From NCBI GenBank assembly GCA_958413985.1, contig CATYVZ010000004.1, positions 9,784 to 73,783 of the forward strand: a stretch of DNA of 64,000 nucleotides, read 5' to 3'. Made by a program: the position numbers and the translations under genes. Below, piece after piece: positions 1-8,404 of the stretch; the first letter of the stretch is position 1, and every line of letters starts with the position of its first letter. The notes under the pieces are model-generated. The model made no database searches, was not told the origin of the DNA, and worked only from the letters and a program-made list of their open reading frames with translations. The stretch comes from an uncultured Bacilli bacterium. GTDB lineage: Bacteria > Bacillota_I > Bacilli_A > RF39 > UBA660.

Positions 1-1008
1 AAAAGAAAAAAAATAATTACCTTGGCAGTTTTATTGTTATTATTAACTGGCTGTACTAAATATAAAACATTTAATAATGAATCAGTAGTTGTCGAATCCA
101 CAGGGCAAAGAGTTGTGGAGAACATTTTGTGTAAAACCGACAAAACAGAAATTCAATTTAACGAACTAAAAGAAAAATATAAACTAGATTTTGATCAACA
201 ATTAAGTGATTCTAGTATTTCTCAAGAAGAATATGATCAAAAGATAAACGAATTAAATGAACAATTTGATTTAAGTAATGTTCCAAGTTGTTCTGAATTT
301 AAGGTGTTTTCTGGTGATGAAGGCCTTTGGACAACTTTATTTGTTAAAACTTTAGCTTGGCTTATTACTAAAATTGGAATGTTTACTAAAAATTATGGTT
401 GGGCAATAATATTAGTTACCATTTTAATTAGATTAGTATTATATCCTTTAACTAAAAAGACAGCTATGCAGTCAGAAAATTTAAACGCAGCTAAATCAAA
501 GTTAGATAAATTAGAATTGAAATATCGCAACCGTACTGATCAACAATCCCAAATGATGAAAACACAGGAAATGATGGCAATTTATAAAGAATATAATATT
601 AATCCTATGTCAGGATGTTTGTATGCATTAATCCAAATTCCTTTGTTCTTTGCTTTCTATGAAGCATTGTATCGTTTACCTGTTGTATTAGAAGAAAACT
701 TTTTAGGAATAAATTTAGGTATAACTCCTCTAACAGCTCTCCAACATGGTCAATATTATTATTTATTATTCTGTGTTTTAGTAATTTTAGCTACATATTT
801 CTCATTTAAATTAAATTCGTCAACGAATCCATCAGGAGCGCAAGCTAACCAAATGAAAATGATGACAAATATAAGTATAGTTATGATATCGATCGCATCA
901 TTTACTATATCAACTGGAATCGCTTTATATTGGATCGTCAACAGTAGTTTCACTATTGTTCAGAATATAATAGTAAAAAGGAGTAAGAAAAATGATCACA
1001 TTTCATAA
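1..1008 (+). CDS. yidC: Membrane protein insertase YidC/SpoIIIJ type, lipoprotein form; 5' end lies upstream of the window
   Basis: Frame is open from nt 1 (KRKKIITLAVLLLLLTGC is a basic n-region plus lipobox LTGC). Multi-TM Oxa1/YidC core follows. Synteny yidC-jag-mnmE. Confidence 0.9.
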   Translation, partial: KRKKIITLAVLLLLLTGCTKYKTFNNESVVVESTGQRVVENILCKTDKTEIQFNELKEKYKLDFDQQLSDSSISQEEYDQKINELNEQFDLSNVPSCSEFKVFSGDEGLWTTLFVKTLAWLITKIGMFTKNYGWAIILVTILIRLVLYPLTKKTAMQSENLNAAKSKLDKLELKYRNRTDQQSQMMKTQEMMAIYKEYNINPMSGCLYALIQIPLFFAFYEALYRLPVVLEENFLGINLGITPLTALQHGQYYYLLFCVLVILATYFSFKLNSSTNPSGAQANQMKMMTNISIVMISIASFTISTGIALYWIVNSSFTIVQNIIVKRSKKNDHIS

Positions 1009-1603
1009 ATATGAAGGAAAAAATTTAGAAACTATAAAAGAACAATGTTTGAGTGATTTAAACGTAGTCGAAGAAGATTTATATTTGATCGAATCAGAAA
1101 AAGAAAATGGCTTATTTAAAGGAAAAAAAATTATAGTTGAAGCGATCACAAAAGAAGAAATTATTGCTGCTATTAAAGAATTTTTTAAAGAGTTAAGTCG
1201 CAATATGGCAATTTCAGTTAATGTTGAAGTTCGAATCGAAAATGAAAACATAAATGTTTTAGTTTTAACTGATAATAATAACATTATGATTGGTAAAGAT
1301 GGTAGAACGCTAAATTCAATTCAATTAATATTAAGACAGGCTATGCGTGATTTAAATAAATTTGGTTTAAAAATTATCGTTGATATCGGCAATTATAAAT
1401 CTAAAAGATTAAAAAATTTAGAATATGAAATAAAAAAAATCTGCAAAGAAGTATTAAAGACTAAAGTTGAAGTTAAATTAGATCCAATGAATTCATATGA
1501 AAGAAGAAAAGTCCATTCGATCGTTGGTGAATTTGCGGATCTTCAATCTATAAGTTATGGTATTGATCCACAACGTTATACAGTTATAAAGTTTAAAGAC
1601 TAA
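992..1603 (+). CDS. jag: Jag/KhpB RNA-binding protein (Jag_N, KH, R3H)
   Basis: C-terminal R3H-like SYERRKVHSIV. Position directly after yidC. SD AAAAGGAG upstream of the ATG; start overlaps the yidC end. Confidence 0.85.
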   Translation: MITFHKYEGKNLETIKEQCLSDLNVVEEDLYLIESEKENGLFKGKKIIVEAITKEEIIAAIKEFFKELSRNMAISVNVEVRIENENINVLVLTDNNNIMIGKDGRTLNSIQLILRQAMRDLNKFGLKIIVDIGNYKSKRLKNLEYEIKKICKEVLKTKVEVKLDPMNSYERRKVHSIVGEFADLQSISYGIDPQRYTVIKFKD

Positions 1604-1616
1604 TTAGTCTTTTTTT
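1595..1616 (+). terminator. Rho-independent terminator after jag
   Basis: AAAGACT-aatt-AGTCTTT hairpin followed by a T run. Confidence 0.55.
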
Positions 1617-1691
1617 CTTGATAAATTTCATAAGTTGCTGTAAAATACTTTTAGTAAAGAGGAAATATAATTATTAATTTTGGAGGAAAAA

Positions 1692-3047
1692 ATGAATGAT
1701 ACTATTGCTGCTATATCCACAGCATTAGGAGTTGGCGCTATTTCTATTATACGAGTTAGTGGTGACGATGCTCTTGATATAGTAAATAAAATAACTAAAG
1801 CAAAAAAGATTAAAAAGGTTAACAGTCATACAATTTATTATGACTTTATTGTCGACAATGACAAAATAATCGATGAAGTTTTAATTTCTGTTATGTTAGC
1901 TCCTAAAACTTTTACTAAGGAAAATGTTGTGGAAATAAATTGCCATGGTGGAATTGCTACGACAAATAAGATTTTAGAATTATTGTTAACTAATGGATGC
2001 CGTTTAGCGCAACCAGGTGAATTTACTAAAAGAGCTTTTTTAAATGGAAGAATTGATTTAATTGAAGCTGAAGGAATTATGAATTTAATAAATTCTAAAA
2101 CGGAAACATCAAGAAATTTAGCGCTCAATCAGGTCAGTGGTAAAACTTCAGAGTTAATTAAAAATTTAAGACAAAAAATTATTGAAATATTAGCTAATAT
2201 TGCAGTTAATATCGATTATCCTGAATATGAAGATATCGAAGAATTAACAATCGATAATTTAAGGACTAAAATAGTCGAAATTGAAAATGAAATCAAGCAT
2301 ATTCTTAAAAAAAGTGAGAATGGAAAAATTATCAAAGAAGGAATTAATGTTGCTTTAATTGGCCGTCCAAACGTTGGAAAAAGTAGCTTGTTAAACAATT
2401 TATTAGAAACTGATAAAGCCATAGTTACAGATATTGCTGGTACTACTAGAGATTGTGTCGAAGGAACAATAAATCTAGATGGAATCATCGTTAATATAAC
2501 TGATACAGCTGGAATTAGACAGACTGATGACGTTATTGAAAGTATTGGTGTTACTAAAAGTATCGATTTAATTTCTAAAGCTAATTTGGTAATCTTATTA
2601 TTAAATAACAATGAAACCATTAAAGATGATGATTTAAATTTATTAGAAAAGATCAAAGATACTAATTATTTAATCGCTATCAACAAAACTGATCTTGAAA
2701 GTAAAATTAATATTGATAAATTAGATCGCAATAAAATAGTATATATAAGTGCTTTAAATAATGAAGGAATTGATCAGTTAAAAGATAAAATCAAACAGAT
2801 TTTTAATTTTGAGCAAATTGAGACCGATGATTTAACTTATTTAACTAATGCAAGAGCTTTATCTTTGTTGCGCCAATCATTAAATTCAATAAATGATATC
2901 AAAATCGGTATTGAAAAAAATTTACCGATCGATATGCTTGAAATTGATTTAAAAAAGATATGGGAATTGTTAGGTAATATTATCGGTGAGACATATGAAG
3001 AAGAATTGCTTGATCAATTATTTAGTCAATTTTGTTTAGGAAAGTAG
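1692..3047 (+). CDS. mnmE: tRNA modification GTPase MnmE
   Basis: G domain GRPNVGKSSLLN, DTAG, NKTD; C-terminal FCLGK. The ATG at 1692 follows GGAGG; the TTG at 1680 in the ORF track lies inside that SD. Confidence 0.95.
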   Translation: MNDTIAAISTALGVGAISIIRVSGDDALDIVNKITKAKKIKKVNSHTIYYDFIVDNDKIIDEVLISVMLAPKTFTKENVVEINCHGGIATTNKILELLLTNGCRLAQPGEFTKRAFLNGRIDLIEAEGIMNLINSKTETSRNLALNQVSGKTSELIKNLRQKIIEILANIAVNIDYPEYEDIEELTIDNLRTKIVEIENEIKHILKKSENGKIIKEGINVALIGRPNVGKSSLLNNLLETDKAIVTDIAGTTRDCVEGTINLDGIIVNITDTAGIRQTDDVIESIGVTKSIDLISKANLVILLLNNNETIKDDDLNLLEKIKDTNYLIAINKTDLESKINIDKLDRNKIVYISALNNEGIDQLKDKIKQIFNFEQIETDDLTYLTNARALSLLRQSLNSINDIKIGIEKNLPIDMLEIDLKKIWELLGNIIGETYEEELLDQLFSQFCLGK

Positions 3048-3055
3048 GTGAACTT

Positions 3056-4930
3056 ATGAATTATGATGTAATAGTTGTCGGTGGTGGTCATGCAGGTTGT
3101 GAAGCTGCTTTAGCGACAGCTAAAAAAAACCACAAGACATTATTAATTACTGGTCGAATTGAAAACATTGCAACTATGCCTTGTAATCCTTCGATTGGCG
3201 GATCAGCAAAAGGGATCGTTGTTAGAGAAATAGATGCATTAGGTGGAATTATGGGTAAAATTGCCGATAGAAGCTTATTGCAGATTAAAATGTTAAATTA
3301 TGCTAAAGGTCCCGCAGTTAAAGCCCTTCGTGCTCAAGCTGATAAAATAACTTATCCTAAAGAAATGTTAAAAGTTTTAAAAAATCAAACAAACCTTGAA
3401 TTAAAAGAAGACATAGTCGAAGATTTAATCGTTGAAGATAACATAGTTAAAGGCATAATTACAGAAAATGGAACTAAAATATTTTCTAAAATAGTTATTT
3501 TAACGACAGGAACATATTTAAAAGCTGATATTTTAGTAGGTAGTACTAGAAAAAGACAAGGTCCTAATGGCGAAAAACCAAGTAATCATTTAAGTGATAA
3601 TTTAAAAAAATATGGTTTTAAAATTATAAGATTAAAAACTGGTACCCCACAACGTATTGCCAAAGACAGTATTGATTTTTCGAAAGCAAAAATTGAAGAA
3701 GGCGATAAAATTTATCACACCTTTAGCTTTGATGATAAACCATATTATAAAATTGAACAACAGATTCCTTGTCATTTAATTTATACTACTAGTGAAACAC
3801 ATAAAATTATTTTGGAAAATTTAAATAAATCGAGTATGTATGGTGGTTTATCTGATGTTGAGGGAATAGGTCCTCGATATTGTCTGTCGATCGAAGATAA
3901 AATCGTTAGATTTAAAGATAAAGAAAAACATCAACTATTTTTAGAACCAGAAAGTTTATATTACGACGATATATATCTACAAGGTTTTTCAACTAGTATG
4001 CCTGTTGATGTTCAAGAAAAAATGGTTCATAGTTTACCTGGTTTAGAACATGCTGTTATTAATAAGTATGCTTATGCTATTGAATATGATGCTATCTACC
4101 CTATTCAATTAAAAAGAAGTTTAGAAACGAAAATAATCGATAATCTTTTTACTGCTGGCCAGATTAATGGTACTAGTGGGTATGAAGAAGCAGCTTGTCA
4201 AGGTTTAATGGCCGGTATTAATGCTAGTTTAAAATTAGAAGGTAAAGATCCATTAATTTTAAAAAGAAACGAAGCATATATTGGAGTTTTAATCGATGAT
4301 TTAGTTACTAAAGGTGTTAAAGATCCTTATCGTTTATTAACGTCACGAGCAGAATATCGCTTGTTGTTAAGACATGATAATGCTGATTTACGCCTTAGAA
4401 AATATGGTTATGAGGTTGGTCTAATCGACGACCAAAGATATCAAAAATTACAAGATAAAATTACTAAAATTAATCAATTAAGCGTTAAACTAAAAAATAC
4501 TAAATTAACTACCAAAGATAATGATTTATTAGAAAAACTTGGAACGACTAGTATAAAAGATGGAATTAGTTTGTATGACTTTTTAAAAAGGCCAGAAATA
4601 ACTTATGATCAATTACTTGCAAACAAACTATTAGATAATGATTACACTAAAGATATAGTTGAACAAGTAGAGTTAAATATAAAATATGAGGGATATATTG
4701 CCAAAGCGAAAAGAGAAGCTGAAAAGCTTATTGACTTGGAAAATAAAACTATTCCTGAAAATATAGATTATTCTAAAATCATTAACTTAGCTAGCGAAGC
4801 ATGCCAAAAATTATCAGAAATTCGCCCAACTTCACTTGGTCAAGCTATGAGAATTAGCGGAGTCAATCCTTCAGATATTGCAATTTTGATGGTTTATTTA
4901 AAGAAAGAGTATAAAAATGAACAAAGATAA
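3056..4930 (+). CDS. mnmG: tRNA uridine 5-carboxymethylaminomethyl modification enzyme MnmG (GidA)
   Basis: FAD motif VVGGGHAGCEAA starts just after the ATG at 3056 (SD AGGTGA). Full-length GidA similarity. Synteny. Confidence 0.95.
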   Translation: MNYDVIVVGGGHAGCEAALATAKKNHKTLLITGRIENIATMPCNPSIGGSAKGIVVREIDALGGIMGKIADRSLLQIKMLNYAKGPAVKALRAQADKITYPKEMLKVLKNQTNLELKEDIVEDLIVEDNIVKGIITENGTKIFSKIVILTTGTYLKADILVGSTRKRQGPNGEKPSNHLSDNLKKYGFKIIRLKTGTPQRIAKDSIDFSKAKIEEGDKIYHTFSFDDKPYYKIEQQIPCHLIYTTSETHKIILENLNKSSMYGGLSDVEGIGPRYCLSIEDKIVRFKDKEKHQLFLEPESLYYDDIYLQGFSTSMPVDVQEKMVHSLPGLEHAVINKYAYAIEYDAIYPIQLKRSLETKIIDNLFTAGQINGTSGYEEAACQGLMAGINASLKLEGKDPLILKRNEAYIGVLIDDLVTKGVKDPYRLLTSRAEYRLLLRHDNADLRLRKYGYEVGLIDDQRYQKLQDKITKINQLSVKLKNTKLTTKDNDLLEKLGTTSIKDGISLYDFLKRPEITYDQLLANKLLDNDYTKDIVEQVELNIKYEGYIAKAKREAEKLIDLENKTIPENIDYSKIINLASEACQKLSEIRPTSLGQAMRISGVNPSDIAILMVYLKKEYKNEQR

Positions 4931-5621
4931 ATTTATAGAAGAATTAGAAAAATTAAATATATCGATAACCGAAAGTCAATTTAATTTATTAGAGCAGTAT
5001 TATCATCTTTTGATTGACTGGAATAATAAAATTAATTTAACGACAATAGTTGATAAAGAAGCAGTTTATTTAAAACATTTTTATGATAGTTTAACCGTAG
5101 TTAAAGCTGTTAATTTAAATGGCGATATCAGTTTATGTGATGTTGGAACTGGCGCTGGATTTCCCGGAATAGTTTTAAAAATTTTATTTCCCAATTTGAA
5201 AATAACATTAATCGATTCCTTAAATAAAAGAATAAATTTTTTAAATGAAGTAATACAAAAATTAGGATTGACCGATATTAAAGCAATTCATGCTCGAGTT
5301 GAAGAATATGGTATAAGTAATAGAGAAAAATATGATTTAGTTATAGCCCGTGCAGTAGCGCCATTAAATATTTTATTAGAATATTGTATTCCTTTAACTA
5401 AAGTTGATGGATATTTTATTGCTATGAAGGCCAATGTTGATAAAGAAATTGAAGTTAGTTCACAAGCTTTAGAAAAATTAGAAAGTAAAATTGCTGATGT
5501 ATTTAGCTTTACTTTACCGATCGAACAAAGTATGCGGACCATAATTACGATAAAAAAATTAGCAAAAACAGCTAAAAAATTTCCTAGGAAATATAGTGAA
5601 ATAAAAAAAAGACCTTTATAA
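4917..5621 (+). CDS. rsmG: 16S rRNA (guanine527-N7)-methyltransferase RsmG (GidB)
   Basis: SAM motif DVGTGAGFPG. Synteny after mnmG. Confidence 0.92.
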   Translation: MNKDKFIEELEKLNISITESQFNLLEQYYHLLIDWNNKINLTTIVDKEAVYLKHFYDSLTVVKAVNLNGDISLCDVGTGAGFPGIVLKILFPNLKITLIDSLNKRINFLNEVIQKLGLTDIKAIHARVEEYGISNREKYDLVIARAVAPLNILLEYCIPLTKVDGYFIAMKANVDKEIEVSSQALEKLESKIADVFSFTLPIEQSMRTIITIKKLAKTAKKFPRKYSEIKKRPL

Positions 5622-5625
5622 TTTT

Positions 5626-5657
5626 AAATGTATATATTTTTATGTATACATTTTTTT
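5626..5657 (+). terminator. Rho-independent terminator after rsmG
   Basis: AAATGTATA ... TATACATTT stem with a 10-nt loop, then a T run. Confidence 0.55.
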
Positions 5658-5684
5658 AAATGATAGAAAGTTCATTTTTAATTT

Positions 5685-5718
5685 TATTTCCCAAAACATC
5701 TTGCAATATTTCCCAAAA
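5685..5718 (+). promoter_or_regulatory. Two direct copies of TATTTCCCAAAA (5685-5696 and 5707-5718) bracketing the -35 of the noc-like promoter
   Basis: Exact 12-nt direct repeat, 22 bp start to start. TATTTCCC equals one half of the B. subtilis Noc-binding site tATTTCCCGGGAAATa (as I recall it). Confidence 0.4.
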
Positions 5719-5729
5719 TATAGTATGAT
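5701..5729 (+). promoter_or_regulatory. Sigma-A type promoter for the noc-like gene
   Basis: TTGCAA, 17 nt spacer, TATGAT; 35 nt upstream of the start codon. Confidence 0.5.
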
Positions 5730-5763
5730 ATTTTTATAAAAGAATTAGGAAGGGGTTTTTTCT

Positions 5764-7671
5764 ATGCAAAATAACCAGAAAGCAGTGGTTGAATTAGATA
5801 TCGATGATGTCTTACCTAATAGGTTTCAGCCCCGAATCAAATTTGATGAAAATTCAATTAACGAGTTAGCACTTTCAATTAAAAAATATGGAGTTATTCA
5901 ACCGATAGTCGTTAGAAAAATCAGCGATAAATATGAGATAATTGCTGGTGAAAGACGATATAAAGCGAGTGTCATTGCTGGTAAAAAAACAATTCCTGCT
6001 ATTATTTGTGAAATGACCGATAAAGATAGTGTGGAAATAGCTTTAATTGAAAATGTTCAAAGAGAGGACTTAACACCTATTGAAAAGGCCATATCTTATA
6101 AGAAAATTTTAGATATGGGATATGTTAATCAAGAGGATTTAGCTCAAAAGGTTGGGAAATCTCAATCTTCTATTGCTAATACTTTAAGATTATTAAATTT
6201 AAGTGATGAAGTTCAAGAAGCATTATTAGAAAATAAAATATCTGAAAGACATGCTAGATCGTTATTGAAAATAAAAGATAATTATAAACAAGTACAAATG
6301 TTGAACAAAATTATAAATGAAAGACTAACTGTTAGAAAAACTGATGAGGAGATAGATAAGATGTTAAATGATGATGTAAATAAAGAATTAGAAAATCAAG
6401 TTAATTTAGAATCTGAACAAGTGGTTAAAATTCCGGATTTAATTGATCCGCCATCTTTTAATAGTAATGGAACAATGCCGGGTTTTATGGATATAGATAG
6501 AATTGAAGTCGAAGCAAAAGATATTATACCAGAGGAAAAACCTAAAGCAGATATCGATGATTTACTTAAAAAAGATACATTATTTAAAGAAGTAAAATCA
6601 GAAGATAATAAGGAGGAAGAAGCTATGTTGAATTCAGGTAAGTTCTTTAGATTTTTTGATTCTACGAATGATGAAAGCAGCGATAATCAATCATCTTTTG
6701 TAAATAATGATAGTTTTTTTAATAGTTTTAATCCATCTCAACCAGATAATTTTAATATATCAGATATCCCAACTGGTCCAGTAGCTCAAGAAGTATCAAC
6801 AGCCCCAATTATGCCAGACATTCCAAGTTATGAGCCACAAATGAATATTCCAAATAGTCCAGTGGCACCAGAAGTATCAACATCTCCAATTATGCCGGAT
6901 ATTCCAAGCTATGAACCACAAATGAATATTCCAAGTAGTCCAGTAACTTCAGAAGTATCAACAGCCCCAATTATGCCAGACATTCCAAGTTATGAACCAC
7001 AAATGAATATCCCAAGTAGTCCAGCAACACCAGAAGTATCAACAACTCCAATTATGCCAGACATTCCAAATTATGAACCACAAATGAATATTCCAAGTAG
7101 TTCAGCAACACCAGAAGTATCAACAACCCCAATTATGCCGGATATTCCAAGTTATGAACCACAAATAAATATCCCAAATAGTTCAGCAACACCAGAAGTA
7201 TCGACATCTCCAATTGTGCCAGACATCCCAAGTTATGAACCACAAATGAATATCCCAAGTAGTCCAGCAACACCAGAAGTATCAACAACCCCAATTATGC
7301 CAGACATTCCAAGTTATGAACCACAAATGAATATTCCAAGTAGTCCAGCAACACCAGAAGTATCAACAACTCCAATTATGCCGGATATTCCAAGCTATGA
7401 ACCACAAATGGAAGCTAATTCAGATATTTCGATAACTGATGAAGACTTATTAAGTGATACACAAAAGATTCCCGTTATTACAAATGATCAAATACAAGAA
7501 GAACAGAAACTTGGCGGTAATACTATAATTGCTACTGCTCCTAATTTAAAATTAGCTCTTAATACAGTAAGAGAATGTCAAAATACATTGGAAAAGTATG
7601 GTTTTATAGTCGATGTTGAAGAAATAGATTTTGAAGATTCTTATCAAGTAATTTTTAAAATAGAAAAATAA
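5764..7671 (+). CDS. noc: ParB-family nucleoid-occlusion (Noc)-like protein with a long repeat-containing C-terminal extension
   Basis: LPNRFQPR (Noc-type box; Spo0J in this window has PNPYQPR), AGERRYKAS, and an HTH region. Position after rsmG as in Bacillus. 635 aa versus about 280 for typical Noc. Confidence 0.8.
   Translation: MQNNQKAVVELDIDDVLPNRFQPRIKFDENSINELALSIKKYGVIQPIVVRKISDKYEIIAGERRYKASVIAGKKTIPAIICEMTDKDSVEIALIENVQREDLTPIEKAISYKKILDMGYVNQEDLAQKVGKSQSSIANTLRLLNLSDEVQEALLENKISERHARSLLKIKDNYKQVQMLNKIINERLTVRKTDEEIDKMLNDDVNKELENQVNLESEQVVKIPDLIDPPSFNSNGTMPGFMDIDRIEVEAKDIIPEEKPKADIDDLLKKDTLFKEVKSEDNKEEEAMLNSGKFFRFFDSTNDESSDNQSSFVNNDSFFNSFNPSQPDNFNISDIPTGPVAQEVSTAPIMPDIPSYEPQMNIPNSPVAPEVSTSPIMPDIPSYEPQMNIPSSPVTSEVSTAPIMPDIPSYEPQMNIPSSPATPEVSTTPIMPDIPNYEPQMNIPSSSATPEVSTTPIMPDIPSYEPQINIPNSSATPEVSTSPIVPDIPSYEPQMNIPSSPATPEVSTTPIMPDIPSYEPQMNIPSSPATPEVSTTPIMPDIPSYEPQMEANSDISITDEDLLSDTQKIPVITNDQIQEEQKLGGNTIIATAPNLKLALNTVRECQNTLEKYGFIVDVEEIDFEDSYQVIFKIEK
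6781..7410 (+). repeat. In-frame 81-bp tandem repeat, about 7.8 copies, inside the noc-like CDS
   Basis: Unit boundaries 6781, 6862, 6943, 7024, 7105, 7186, 7267, 7348. Each unit encodes 27 aa close to ATPEVSTTPIMPDIPSYEPQMNIPSSP. Units differ by only a few substitutions. Confidence 0.95.
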
Positions 7672-7674
7672 ACT

Positions 7675-7700
7675 AAAAAAATCACATTTGTGATTTTTTC
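7675..7700. terminator. Bidirectional terminator between convergent genes
   Basis: AAAAAATCAC-attt-GTGATTTTTT is flanked by an A run and a T run, so it can work on both strands. Confidence 0.6.
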
Positions 7701-7737
7701 TTTTTTAAAATTTCAACTGCCCTATTTTATCGATAAT

Positions 7738-8304
7738 TTAATTTAAATATTTTTTAATTTGATTTTGATAATAATCTGTTGAAAAATCTTGATTATTTTC
7801 AGCTTCAACAATTAAATCACTTGGGAATATTAAAGAGGCACAACTTACATTGCCACAGCTTTCTGGAGGTAATGTAGAACTATCATATTCATAATTACTA
7901 TTACTTTTAATATTGAATACTAATACTAATGGTCCTGCACTACCACTTGTAATATCCCATTGACCATTTTCTTTAATATAAGCACCATAAGTGGCTAAGA
8001 CATATGCATAAATTTGATTATTTTTGATTTCTGATCTTAAAGTTTTATGACCTTCAGCATATACTGAATCTTCAAATACAAAAAGTTCTTCATTGGCAAT
8101 CTTAATAATAGCTTTACTTATTTCAGTTTCTAGTGAACTCTCATTGATTTGTGTAATAGGTGTATCAGTATTATCGTTTTCTTTGTCATCTATAATCTCA
8201 TTATCTTTGCTTACTTTATCATAAACTAGATAACTACCTAAACCGATAACTAATAAAGATAACACTATTATTAAGATTAGTAATCCTGATTTTTTATTTT
8301 CCAT
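7738..8304 (-). CDS. Hypothetical membrane-anchored extracytoplasmic protein
   Basis: N-terminal signal-anchor LLILIIVLSLLVIGLGSYLV. SD GGAGGGAATGAG upstream. Extended -10 TGGTATAAT upstream. No recognisable family. Confidence 0.6.
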   Translation of the reverse strand: MENKKSGLLILIIVLSLLVIGLGSYLVYDKVSKDNEIIDDKENDNTDTPITQINESSLETEISKAIIKIANEELFVFEDSVYAEGHKTLRSEIKNNQIYAYVLATYGAYIKENGQWDITSGSAGPLVLVFNIKSNSNYEYDSSTLPPESCGNVSCASLIFPSDLIVEAENNQDFSTDYYQNQIKKYLN

Positions 8305-8404
8305 TTTCTCATTCCCTCCAAATATATTTCTTAATAAAATTATACCATATTTAAAAAAATTATTTGTATTATTTTATAAAAATATTAAAAAATAATAACA
8401 TCGA

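Noticed and set aside
759-953. Numerous 60-155-aa ORFs in the six-frame track lying antisense or out of frame inside conserved genes. Examples: 759-953, 1003-1284, 1838-2128, 2216-2656, 5288-5542, 18315-18782, 19416-19940, 32955-33233, 42999-43379, 45370-45858, 55375-55569, 56014-56286, 57788-58078.
   Set aside because: They overlap strongly supported genes, lack SD sequences, and have the low-complexity I/L/F/S/K-rich composition expected from translating AT-rich antisense DNA.
1722-1731. DnaA-box-like TATATCCACA inside mnmE
   Set aside because: It is a single one-mismatch copy in coding sequence, with no cluster and no AT-rich unwinding element. oriC is expected upstream of the window near rpmH/dnaA.
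6781-7410. A regular repeat array that could superficially suggest CRISPR
   Set aside because: The units are 81 bp, directly abutting with no unique spacers, in frame and translated as a 27-aa protein repeat inside a long ORF. There are no cas genes.
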